From an uncultured bacterium (GTDB lineage Bacteria > Krumholzibacteriota > Krumholzibacteriia > LZORAL124-64-63): 64,000 nucleotides of DNA. The first letter of the stretch is position 1; every line of letters begins with the position of its first letter. The stretch is from the NCBI GenBank assembly GCA_963732385.1, contig CAVSZB010000008.1, positions 96,001 through 160,000 on the forward strand. Direction: 5' to 3'. The notes under the pieces were generated by a model. It searched no databases, was not told the DNA's origin, and saw nothing but the letters and a program-made list of their open reading frames with translations. Below are positions 1-8,265 of the stretch, one piece after another. Position numbers and translations under genes: made by a program.

Positions 1-149
1 TCGAGCCTCCCCTGATCCACCCCGCTCAAATCGACCTCGTAGACCAGATCGAACGGGCGCTGCACGCGGGACCAGCCCCACCAGACGCACAAGGCCACGA
101 TCGCCAAAGCTGGCAGGACAAACATCAGGATGGGTCGCCTGGGCCTCAA
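1..149 (-). CDS. N-terminus of a membrane-anchored or secreted protein, running off the window edge
   Basis: Manual translation from TTG at 149: MRPRRPILMFVLPALAIVALCVWWGWSRVQRPFDLVYEVDLSGVDQGRL..., basic N-terminus plus hydrophobic helix, open to position 1. Confidence 0.55.
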   Translation of the reverse strand, partial: MRPRRPILMFVLPALAIVALCVWWGWSRVQRPFDLVYEVDLSGVDQGRL

Positions 150-383
150 TAGCACGGCCTCGCCTTTGGGGGAGGGGACCCGGCGAGGGCAGCAACCGGC
201 GTGCCGGGTGGGTGGGGTTCGTTCGTCCGGCGGTGCGCTGGCTGTTACCGCCGCGGGCTCCGACTCAAGCATCCGCGCAAAACATCAAATCACGGCACGA
301 TCGGGCACGATACGCCATTCCTTGGCCATACCGCGGCGTGCTACGATGCGTTGCCGATGATGTCATCACACGGGAGGTCGGGG

Positions 384-1184
384 ATGAAACTGGGCCTGGA
401 GGGCCGGGTAGCCCTAGTCACCGCCGCTTCGCGCGGTTTCGGTCGTTCGGTTGCCCTGGAATTGGCCGGAGAGGGGGCCCACGTGGCGCTGTGCGCCCGT
501 GGGGCCGAGGATCTGGAGCGGACCCGGGCCGAAGTTCAGGCCGTGGCCAGGGACGGCGTCCGCCTGCTGGCTCGGCCGTGCGACATGACCGATGGTCCGG
601 CCGTGGAGCGCTTCGTGGCCGAGGTCACGCGTGAACTCGGCCCGATCGACGCGCTGCTCGTGAACGCTGGCGGGCCGCCGGCCGGTGGATTTTTCACGAC
701 CGGCCTCGATCAGTGGGAGGCGGCCTACCGGCTGAACCTCGAGAGCGCGGTGCGTCTCTGTAGTCTGGTGCTGCCCGGCATGATGGAGCGCGGTTGGGGC
801 CGGATCGTGCAGATCACCTCCGTGGCGCAGAAACAGCCGGTAGACAACCTGGTGCTGTCCAACGTGATCCGGCCCGCGGTGCACGCCCTGACCCGCTGCC
901 TGGCGGTGGAGGCGGCCCCGCGCGGCGTTACGGTCAACAGTGTCGCGCCAGGATTCCATCTCACGAGCGCCGTGGAGCGCCTGGTCAGGCATAAACTCGC
1001 TCAGGGAGCCGCCTCCTCCCGCGAGGAGGTTCTGGCCGCCTGGGAGCAGGAAATCCCGGCGGGCCGACTCGGTCGTGCGGAGGAACTGGCGGCCCTGATC
1101 GTCTTCCTGATGTCGGAGCGGGCCGGCTATGTGACCGGACAGTGTCTGGTGGCGGACGGGGGCTGGGTCCGATCGACGTTCTGA
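384..1184 (+). CDS. Short-chain dehydrogenase/reductase (FabG-like SDR)
   Basis: VALVTAASRGFG Rossmann motif, NAGGPP, C-terminal GYVTGQ..DGG; GGGAGG RBS before ATG 384. Confidence 0.9.
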   Translation: MKLGLEGRVALVTAASRGFGRSVALELAGEGAHVALCARGAEDLERTRAEVQAVARDGVRLLARPCDMTDGPAVERFVAEVTRELGPIDALLVNAGGPPAGGFFTTGLDQWEAAYRLNLESAVRLCSLVLPGMMERGWGRIVQITSVAQKQPVDNLVLSNVIRPAVHALTRCLAVEAAPRGVTVNSVAPGFHLTSAVERLVRHKLAQGAASSREEVLAAWEQEIPAGRLGRAEELAALIVFLMSERAGYVTGQCLVADGGWVRSTF

Positions 1185-1198
1185 TCGATCCCGCGGAC

Positions 1199-1227
1199 TT
1201 GACGTCGGGACGAATCGAGTATATATT
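1199..1227 (+). promoter_or_regulatory. Sigma70-type promoter for the 1278-1698 operon
   Basis: TTGACG (1199-1204), 17-nt spacer, TATATT (1222-1227), followed by a very AT-rich stretch (1228-1260) in a GC-rich genome. Confidence 0.7.
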
Positions 1228-1277
1228 CATAGTCAAACAGTATTTAATATTTAAAACGATGCGACGGTGGTGCGCCC

Positions 1278-1481
1278 ATGCTCGACATCCTGAAACTGCT
1301 GGCCTTCGTGGCGGCCTACTTCGTGGTGATGCGCTGGCTGCTGCCGCGGCTGGGCGTGCCCACCTGAATGTCCGACAGTTGCTCGGTCGGGGACCGGGCG
1401 CAGCCGAAGAACCGGAAAGGTGACGACGATTCCGCGGCGGAGGCTGACCAGGCGAAGCCGCGATTGCCGGGAGCGAGGTGA
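1278..1481 (+). CDS. Candidate small membrane selenoprotein (67 aa if UGA 1365-1367 is Sec; 29 aa if stop)
   Basis: MLDILKLLAFVAAYFVVMRWLLPRLGVPT-(TGA)-MSDSCSVGDRAQPKNRKGDDDSAAEADQAKPRLPGAR*; frame stays open to TGA 1479-1481, 7 nt before the next ATG; hairpin downstream of the UGA. Confidence 0.65.
1381..1399 (+). promoter_or_regulatory. Putative bacterial SECIS hairpin 1
   Basis: GCTCGGTC-GGG-GACCGGGC (8 bp, one G-U), G-containing loop beginning 21 nt after UGA 1365-1367. Confidence 0.55.
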
Positions 1482-1488
1482 CCCGAAG

Positions 1489-1698
1489 ATGCCGTTGTTC
1501 GAGTTCAACTGCCGTCGCTGCGGCAGGAAGTTCGAGGAGATCCTGAGTCTGGCCGAACTTGCGGCCGGACCGCCAGCCTGTCCCGCGTGTGGTGCGGACA
1601 AGGCGGTACGGGAGTTATCGCGGTTCGCCACGGGCGGGGGCGGGGCCCCGGCCGGGGGGAGCGGCGGCTGCGGGCCGAGCGGATTTTCGTGAGGTTGA
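1489..1698 (+). CDS. FmdB-family zinc-ribbon protein (CxxC...CPxC), candidate C-terminal Sec-Gly extension; ends at 1692 if the UGA is a stop
   Basis: MPLFEFNCRRCGRKFEE...CPACG...GGCGPSGFS then TGA GGT TGA (U-G-stop); GAGGTG RBS upstream. Confidence 0.85.
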
Positions 1699-1700
1699 GC

Positions 1701-1719
1701 GCACGGCCGGAGGCCGTGC
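1701..1719 (+). promoter_or_regulatory. Putative bacterial SECIS hairpin 2
   Basis: GCACGGCC-GGA-GGCCGTGC perfect 8-bp stem, loop beginning 16 nt after UGA 1690-1692; no U-tract and separate from the terminator at 1740. Confidence 0.55.
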
Positions 1720-1739
1720 CCACAGGGATCATTTTCGAA

Positions 1740-1772
1740 GACGACCCCGCGCAGGCGGGGTCGTCCTTTTTT
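1740..1772 (+). terminator. Rho-independent terminator between convergent genes
   Basis: GACGACCCCGC-GCAG-GCGGGGTCGTC followed by CTTTTTT. Confidence 0.85.
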
Positions 1773-2691
1773 ATCCCCCCGCGCGAAGCCGCGGCAGCCG
1801 CGGCTCGCGTTCGCCGTAGTGCTTGCCGAGCCAGAGGATGAGCGCACCGAGCAGCAGCCCGGCGATGACGTCCACCACATAGTGGTAGCGGCAGTAGACC
1901 GTGGCCGCGGCCAGCAGGACGAAAAGCGTGGTCAGCCAGGGACGGCTGCGTGGGGCGATCTTCCAGCCGTACCACCACGGGATGAGCGTGGCGGCCACGT
2001 GGCTCGACGGGAAAGCGGCCCCCAGGATGGCGCCGTGCGCGTGGATGTGGCGCATGACGCGGGTGAAGATCCAGCCGTCCACCGTCACCGGTCCGGCGCG
2101 GAAGTACTTCGGGCCCCAGACCGGAAAGAAGGTGTAGAGGGTGTAGCAGACGAGCATCGTCGCGCTTAGATCCCGCATGAAGGCGCGCAGAGCGGCCCAG
2201 CGCTCAGGCGGCGCGAGACGCCGCGAGGTCATGATCAAAACGAGCACGAGCGCGCTGAAGAGGTAGTAGGAGAAGTAGGCGAACTCGAACAGTTCGTGAA
2301 GCCAGGGCCACGGCCAGCGTTGCGACCAGACCAGGCTCAACTGCACGCCGAACAGCTTCTCCTCGAGTGCGATGAACCCCGGATCGAGGGAGTGCGCGAA
2401 GTCGTGGAAGACCAGCCCGAGCTGCGCCATCTCGCTGTAGAACAACGGGAACACGCACGGCAGGTAGATCTCGCCCATCAGGCGGACCGCGCCCAGGCGG
2501 CTTCCCCTGGCCAGCGGCGGCAGGAACCAGATGGCCAGCGCCAGGCCGGCGTGCAGCGCGAGGCGCAGCCAGGGGCCGGTCGGGGGCTGCCGGGAAATGA
2601 AGGGGTAGAGTCCGCTCGCGATCAGGTAGATGACCGCCCACCGGTCGAGGTCGCGCCGCTGCAGCGTCAGCCGGGCCAGTGGCAGGCGCAT
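1771..2691 (-). CDS. PAP2-superfamily membrane phosphatase/phosphotransferase, Aur1/inositol-phosphorylceramide-synthase-like
   Basis: Multiple TM helices, FPVWGP, AFPSSHVA and YHYVVDVIAG motifs; ATG overlaps the upstream stop (TGATG). Confidence 0.8.
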   Translation of the reverse strand: MRLPLARLTLQRRDLDRWAVIYLIASGLYPFISRQPPTGPWLRLALHAGLALAIWFLPPLARGSRLGAVRLMGEIYLPCVFPLFYSEMAQLGLVFHDFAHSLDPGFIALEEKLFGVQLSLVWSQRWPWPWLHELFEFAYFSYYLFSALVLVLIMTSRRLAPPERWAALRAFMRDLSATMLVCYTLYTFFPVWGPKYFRAGPVTVDGWIFTRVMRHIHAHGAILGAAFPSSHVAATLIPWWYGWKIAPRSRPWLTTLFVLLAAATVYCRYHYVVDVIAGLLLGALILWLGKHYGEREPRLPRLRAGG

Positions 2692-3677
2692 CAGAGCCAC
2701 CCGTTCTCGCGGTAGAAGGCCCAGGTTTCGCGGAAGCCGCGCGTGAGATCGCGTTCGGCGCCAAAGCCGGTCGTGATGCGCAGCCGGTTCCCGTCGCAGG
2801 TCCAGGCCGGCACGGTCACGCTGGCCAGGCGCTCCGGGCGCAGGAGCGGCGCCCGGGCTGCCGCAGCCCCGGCCAGCTGTGCCGCCAGCCGCAGCGCTCC
2901 CAGCGGCACCGGCACGGCCCGCACGCGCCGTCCCACCGCTTCGCGCAGGGCGCAGGCGATGTCGTCCCAGCCGTAGGCGCAGCCGTCGTCCACCTGGAAC
3001 AGGCCGCGTGCGTGCTCGGTTTCGAGGAGCGCCACCGCCGCGGCGGCACAGTCGCGTGCATCCACCAGGGAGAGCGCGGTCAGCCCGCCACGCAGGTTCA
3101 CGGTCCAGCCGCGTCGGGCCCAGGCGAACAGCGGCAGGAAGGCGGTGTCGCGAGGGCCGTACAGGGCGGGGGGGCGCAGGATGGACCAGCGGAACGGCAG
3201 GTCGGGTGTGAGGAGCTGCTCCCCCGCCAGCTTCGATCGGCCGTAAGCGCTCACCGGCGTCGGTGCGTCATCCTCCCGGCGCGGGCGGTCAGGGCGGGAC
3301 GGTCCGCCGGCGGCCAGGCTCGAAACCAGGACGAACGCGCGCAACTGGGGGGCGGCCGCGGCGGCCGTTATCAGACGGCGAGTCGGCGTCACGTTGCCGT
3401 CGAAGTAGGCCGTCTCGTTCCGCGCGCTCACCACACCGGCGCAATGGATGACGGCGCGGGCGTCAGCGAGCAGCCGCGTGGTCCCCTCCGCGCTCTCGCC
3501 CGGCAGGACTGTGCGCACCGGTTTGCCCTGCAGCCAGCGCAGATCGCTGGTGGGGCGGACGGCCGCGTGTACCTGCCACCCGCGCGCCAGCAGCGTGTCG
3601 ACGATGTGGCTGCCGAGAAAGCCGGTGGCCCCCGTCACCACCGCGAGGGGGCGGCCGGCGTTGGGTGTCGATGTCAT
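2691..3677 (-). CDS. NAD-dependent epimerase/dehydratase (extended SDR), likely ceramide reductase (CerR-like)
   Basis: VTGATGFLG, YGRSK catalytic motif, RPPALYGP; translationally coupled within the spt operon. Confidence 0.8.
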   Translation of the reverse strand: MTSTPNAGRPLAVVTGATGFLGSHIVDTLLARGWQVHAAVRPTSDLRWLQGKPVRTVLPGESAEGTTRLLADARAVIHCAGVVSARNETAYFDGNVTPTRRLITAAAAAPQLRAFVLVSSLAAGGPSRPDRPRREDDAPTPVSAYGRSKLAGEQLLTPDLPFRWSILRPPALYGPRDTAFLPLFAWARRGWTVNLRGGLTALSLVDARDCAAAAVALLETEHARGLFQVDDGCAYGWDDIACALREAVGRRVRAVPVPLGALRLAAQLAGAAAARAPLLRPERLASVTVPAWTCDGNRLRITTGFGAERDLTRGFRETWAFYRENGWL

Positions 3678-4801
3678 GTCAGGGGCTTGTCATAGATCCG
3701 ATAGGTGCGGTACACCCTCGCGCCCATCCCTTCGAGGATGCGGTTCATCGATCGGTTGTCCTCGAGGATCCAGGAGCACTCGCCAGCCCGGATACCCTGC
3801 CGGAAGCCGGCCTCGAAGGTGCGGAAGATCATCACCGCGTCCACGCCGCGGCCGCGGTACTCCGGCAGTACGCCCAGCAGCAGGGTGCGTGCGTAGTCGA
3901 TCCGGCGCTTCTTCAGCAGGAAGGTGAGCCAGCCCAGCGGCAGCAGATGGCCGCGCAACGGCTGTGTGGCCTGGTTGAAGTCGGGAATCGTCAGGCTGAA
4001 GCCGATCGGCTTGCCGTCCGCCTCGGCGATCAGCATGAAGTCGGGGGAGACCATCTTCTTCATGTCCTTCGCGGCGTAGGCGAACTCCGCGTCGTCCATC
4101 GGGATGAAGCCCCAGTTCTTCGACCAGGCGGCGTTGTACAGCGTCCGCACCGTGGCCGCCTCCTCGGCGAAACGGCTCATGTCCATGGGGCGGACCGTGA
4201 ACGTGGCGCCGGCCAGCAGCGGCTTCATGGCATCCTGCAGGCGGTCGGGGATGCGCCCGTCGGTCGCGTCCATCCGCCAGGCCCACAGGTCGCGTGACTT
4301 CGCCAGGCCGAACGCCGCGAACTGCCCCTCGTACCAGCGCGGGTTGTATGGCATGCCGATGACCGGTCGGCCGAAGTCGCCGTCGACGAGCAGGCCGAGG
4401 TAGTCGTGGTTGGTCGTGAAGGAGCAGGGGCCGCGCATGACGGCCATGCCGTGTTCCTTCAGCCAGGCCGCCGCGGTCTGCAGCAGTTCGCGCGCGAGCG
4501 CGGGGTCGTCGGGGCATTCGTAGAAGCCGAAGAAGCCGCTCTGCTCGCCGGTGTGCCGGTTGTGGTAGCTGTCCACGCAGGCGGCCACCCGCGCGACCGG
4601 CCGGCCGGCCTCGTCGCGGGCGACCCAGAGCGCGGTCTGGGCGTGCGTGAAGAACGGGTTGTGCCCCTGATCGAAGAAGCGGCGCAGGTCGCCGAGCAGC
4701 GGGAAGACGTGGTTGGGGTCCCCGGCGTAGATGCTGTATGGCACCTTCAGGAACGCTTCGAGGTCCCGCTTGTCCTGGACGGGGCGGATCTTGGCCGGCA
4801 T
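3674..4801 (-). CDS. GNAT-family N-acyltransferase, bacterial ceramide synthase (bCerS-like)
   Basis: Starts MPAKIRPV at 4801; GFFGFYE, MPYNP, AWSKNWGFIP, LGVLPEYRGRG, ECSWILEDN motifs; directly downstream of spt. Confidence 0.8.
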   Translation of the reverse strand: MPAKIRPVQDKRDLEAFLKVPYSIYAGDPNHVFPLLGDLRRFFDQGHNPFFTHAQTALWVARDEAGRPVARVAACVDSYHNRHTGEQSGFFGFYECPDDPALARELLQTAAAWLKEHGMAVMRGPCSFTTNHDYLGLLVDGDFGRPVIGMPYNPRWYEGQFAAFGLAKSRDLWAWRMDATDGRIPDRLQDAMKPLLAGATFTVRPMDMSRFAEEAATVRTLYNAAWSKNWGFIPMDDAEFAYAAKDMKKMVSPDFMLIAEADGKPIGFSLTIPDFNQATQPLRGHLLPLGWLTFLLKKRRIDYARTLLLGVLPEYRGRGVDAVMIFRTFEAGFRQGIRAGECSWILEDNRSMNRILEGMGARVYRTYRIYDKPLT

Positions 4802-4875
4802 GAACGCTCCTTCGGTTGGCGGCGCGGCTCCGGTCGCGGCGTGGCGGCCCGCGGACCTCCCCGCCGACCGGGGCG

Positions 4876-6060
4876 TCAGGAGATCACGCCGAGTTCCCTG
4901 CCTACCTTGACCATCCGGTCCATGGCGAGATGGACCTGATCTTCGGTGTGGGTGGCCATGAGGCTGAGGCGGATCAGCGCGTTGCCCTTCTCGACCGCAG
5001 GAGAGATGACGGAGTTGACGAAAACCCCTTCCTCGAACAGCCGGCGGCACATCTGGAAGGCGACGACATCCTCGCCGACCACGGCCGGGATGATCGGGGT
5101 CTGCGAGGGGCCGGTGTCGAAGCCGGCCTCCTGCAGGCGTTCGAGCATGATGCGCGTGTTGCGCCACAGCGCCGCGCCGCGCCACTCCTCCTCGATCATC
5201 ACGTCGACGGCGGTCGACACCGCGGCCACCGAGGCGGGCGGCATGCTGGCCGAGAAAATCAGCGAGCGCGCCATGTGCTGGATGAAATGGACCGTTTCGG
5301 CGTCCGAGGCGATGAACCCGCCCACGGAGGCGAGCGACTTGCTGAAGGTGCCCATGATGAGGTGGACCTTGTCGGTCAGGCCGAAGTGGTTGGCGGTGCC
5401 GCGTCCCTGCGTGCCGAGCACGCCGATCCCGTGCGCGTCGTCGACCATGACGACCGCGGAGTGCTTTTCCGCCATGCGCACGATGCCGGGCAGGTCGGCG
5501 ATGTCGCCGTGCATCGAGAAGACGCCGTCCACCACGATCAGCTTGCCGTTGTCGTCGCAGGCGGCCAGGGTCTTGTCGAGGGCGACCATGTCGTTGTGCA
5601 GGTACTTGCGCGTCGTGCCGAAGGAGAGGCGGCAGCCGTCGATGATCGATGCGTGGTCCACGCGGTCGACGATCACGCTGTCGCTGCGCCCCACCAGGGA
5701 GTGGATCACGCCGAGGTTCACCATCATGCCGGTCGAGAAGACGACAGCCGCCTCCTTCCCGACGAGTCGGGCGAGTTTCTCTTCCAGTTCGACGTGGATA
5801 TCGAGGGTGCCGTTCAGGAAGCGCGAACCGGCGCAGCCGCTGCCGTACTTGTCGATGGCCCGTTTTGCGGCCTCCTTGACCCGCGGGTGGTTCGTCAGGC
5901 CGAGGTAGTTGTTGCTCCCCAGCATGATGACTTCGCGCCCGCCGATCCGGACCAGATTCTCCTGGGCGGACTCGATCACCCGGAAATAGGGGTACAGGCC
6001 GGACTTCTGCAGTTCCCTGGCCTGTTGGAAATTCCGGACTTTGTCGAGCAGGCCCATCAT
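4876..6060 (-). CDS. spt: Serine palmitoyltransferase (class II PLP alpha-oxoamine synthase)
   Basis: GSNNYLGL, GSRFLNGT, DHASIIDG, DDAH and GTFSKS (PLP Lys); operon context favours Spt over BioF/Kbl. Confidence 0.8.
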   Translation of the reverse strand: MMGLLDKVRNFQQARELQKSGLYPYFRVIESAQENLVRIGGREVIMLGSNNYLGLTNHPRVKEAAKRAIDKYGSGCAGSRFLNGTLDIHVELEEKLARLVGKEAAVVFSTGMMVNLGVIHSLVGRSDSVIVDRVDHASIIDGCRLSFGTTRKYLHNDMVALDKTLAACDDNGKLIVVDGVFSMHGDIADLPGIVRMAEKHSAVVMVDDAHGIGVLGTQGRGTANHFGLTDKVHLIMGTFSKSLASVGGFIASDAETVHFIQHMARSLIFSASMPPASVAAVSTAVDVMIEEEWRGAALWRNTRIMLERLQEAGFDTGPSQTPIIPAVVGEDVVAFQMCRRLFEEGVFVNSVISPAVEKGNALIRLSLMATHTEDQVHLAMDRMVKVGRELGVIS

Positions 6061-6154
6061 GTACCGCGATTCGTTGGAGTTGGCGGGGCCCAATGGTGTC
6101 AGGCACCGCCCCGGAGCGCACACAGTCCGCAAAGATAATCGCCCCGGGGCGACC

Positions 6155-7645
6155 TTACCAGCCCTTTTCCGGCTCCTCCAGCACCTCGGCCTCGAAGACC
6201 GCGAACCGGGTGTCGGCACGCCAGCTGTCGGGCGGCAGGCCGGCCTTGAGCGCCAGGTGACGCAGGGTTGTTTCGCGGTCCCACCCCTGCTCGGGCGCCA
6301 CCTGGGGCAGGAAGACTGCCCGCGCCCGCCCCTTCGACAGCACGATGCCGTGCCGACCGATCACGATCTCCCCGGGGCCGGCCACGTCGCGCAGCGGGGT
6401 CAGCGCCGACACCTCCACCTGCAGGCCGGCGGTCTCCTCCGGCCCGACCGGGGGGAACCGGGGGTCGCGGGAGGCGGCTGCCGCGGCATTTTCCGCCACC
6501 GCCTCGGCGAGGGGGGCGATGCCCTCGATATAGCCGATGCAGCCGCGCAGCTCCCCGCGACGGGTCAGGGTGACGAACGCGCCGCGGGGAACGGCCAGGC
6601 GCGGCGAGAGCGCCAACCCGAGCCGGTCGGCCACGACACGCGGCGTGGGCGGCGGGATCCCGGCGGCGGTCGCTTCCACCACTGCGCGGGCGAGCGCGAG
6701 CAGGAGACGGCGCTCGTCGGCGTCGAGCGGAGCGGCGGGATCGACCGCGGCGTCGGCGCGCGGGGTCGGGGTGGCGTCGATCGACGCGGGAAGACGCAGG
6801 ATCAGGCCGGCGTAGCTCACGGAAAGCGTGTAGTCGCGGTCGCGGTCGCCGCTGCGCGCGTAGGTCACGAACTCGCCGGTCAGGGCGGTCGGCAAAGGGG
6901 CGGTGAGGGCGAGTGCGGCGGCATCGAGCCCGCACATGGTGATGCCGGTCCGTTCCCGGTAGGCGAGCAGGCCGTCGGGATCTCGCGCGAGGATGAGTTC
7001 CCACGCCCCACGGTCGAGCGCCTCGACCTGCTCCGGCACGAGCTCGTGGAACGGCGCGTAACCGTAAGATTCACCGTAGTGAGTGAAGTCGGAACTGACG
7101 AGGAAGAGGCTGCGGCCGTCGCACCAGGGCGCCAGCGCCGCGGCGGTGCGTCGGCGGGAGTCGGGGTCGAGCGGCGGCACGAGCAGCGGGACGAGCCGCA
7201 ACAGCCCGCCGAAGATGGTCTGCAAAAACGGCAGCTGGATCTCCTCGGCGTGTTCCGCCGCGTGGGCCGTCTCGACGCTGGTGAACGCCTCGTCGGCCAG
7301 CAGACGCGCCGCCACCTCCCGGTCCACCGCAACCTCGCCCAAAGGGGTGGCGTAGGCAGCGAACCCCGAAACCGACACCTTCCGCAGGCGGGTCCGGTGG
7401 CTCGGCGCGAGTAGGAAAACGCGGTCGTAACGCCAGGGCGCCAGCCGCCGGTACACCTGCCCCGCCGCCGGACCGCTGTAGGTGTAGCCGGCGTGCGGGA
7501 CGATCGCCAGCACGGGGCGCTCGGTCGCGGCGTTTGCCGCGGGCGCCCCGGGCGTTGCGAGGAAGCCGCGCACCGCGGCGTCCAGTTCCGCGGGGGCGGC
7601 CGGATACCAGGTTCCTGCGAGCACGGGGGCACGAATCTTGAGCAT
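6155..7645 (-). CDS. Fused AmmeMemoRadiSam protein B (MEMO1-like) and protein A (AMMECR1 domain)
   Basis: N-terminal PHAGYTYSG, EHAEEIQLPFLQ, SSDFTHYG, TMCG; C-terminal GAFVTL...LRGCIG, DPRFPP, FLPQVA. Confidence 0.9.
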   Translation of the reverse strand: MLKIRAPVLAGTWYPAAPAELDAAVRGFLATPGAPAANAATERPVLAIVPHAGYTYSGPAAGQVYRRLAPWRYDRVFLLAPSHRTRLRKVSVSGFAAYATPLGEVAVDREVAARLLADEAFTSVETAHAAEHAEEIQLPFLQTIFGGLLRLVPLLVPPLDPDSRRRTAAALAPWCDGRSLFLVSSDFTHYGESYGYAPFHELVPEQVEALDRGAWELILARDPDGLLAYRERTGITMCGLDAAALALTAPLPTALTGEFVTYARSGDRDRDYTLSVSYAGLILRLPASIDATPTPRADAAVDPAAPLDADERRLLLALARAVVEATAAGIPPPTPRVVADRLGLALSPRLAVPRGAFVTLTRRGELRGCIGYIEGIAPLAEAVAENAAAAASRDPRFPPVGPEETAGLQVEVSALTPLRDVAGPGEIVIGRHGIVLSKGRARAVFLPQVAPEQGWDRETTLRHLALKAGLPPDSWRADTRFAVFEAEVLEEPEKGW

Positions 7646-7818
7646 GCCGTGACCCTAGCAGAAAGGTCCCCATCCGGTCCAGCGGTGCCGGTCGGGACGA
7701 ATCGGAGCGAGTCAGGGCTTGCCTCCCAAAGCTTTTGGGCGCATTCTGAAATGCCATCCGCGGCCCCGCGTGCCGCGGTCACCCCGGCGGTCGTGCGCCG
7801 CTGTTACCGGGAGGCTGG

Positions 7819-8175
7819 GTGTTGAAGATCAAGCAGAAGGCAGCGGGCGATGTCATGGCCCTGCACTTGTCGGGCAAGATCATGGGCGGTGAGGACCATG
7901 AGCTGTTCACCACCGAGATCAAGTCGCTGATCAACGAGGGTTACGTGGACATCCTGCTCTGCATGTCCAAGGTGAACTGGATCAACTCGACCGGGCTCGG
8001 CGTGCTGGTGTCGGGATTCCACACGTTGAAGAAGAACGGCGGGCAGATGAAGATCTGCGAAGTCAGCGATCGCATCGACAACATCCTCAACGTGACCCAG
8101 TTGAAGCTCGTATTCGAAACCTACGATTCGGAAGAGAAGGCTCTGGCCTCGTTCACCCAGGTGCCGCCGCAGTAG
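7819..8175 (+). CDS. STAS-domain anti-sigma-factor antagonist
   Basis: LSGKIMGG, VNWINSTGLGVLV with conserved phospho-Ser; GGAGG RBS. Confidence 0.9.
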   Translation: MLKIKQKAAGDVMALHLSGKIMGGEDHELFTTEIKSLINEGYVDILLCMSKVNWINSTGLGVLVSGFHTLKKNGGQMKICEVSDRIDNILNVTQLKLVFETYDSEEKALASFTQVPPQ

Positions 8176-8265
8176 GCTGCGATCCCGGAAGGCTGTCGTC
8201 GTGCAGTTCGGCAACGGGATGATCAACGGCGCGGAACCGGCGGCCGCCTGGCCGTTGGGCGGGGC

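Noticed and set aside
4802..6121. Apparent 815-aa ORF suggesting an Spt-GNAT fusion
   Set aside because: The N-terminal extension is an off-frame read of spt; spt has its own stop at 4876 and the GNAT has its own RBS and ATG at 4801
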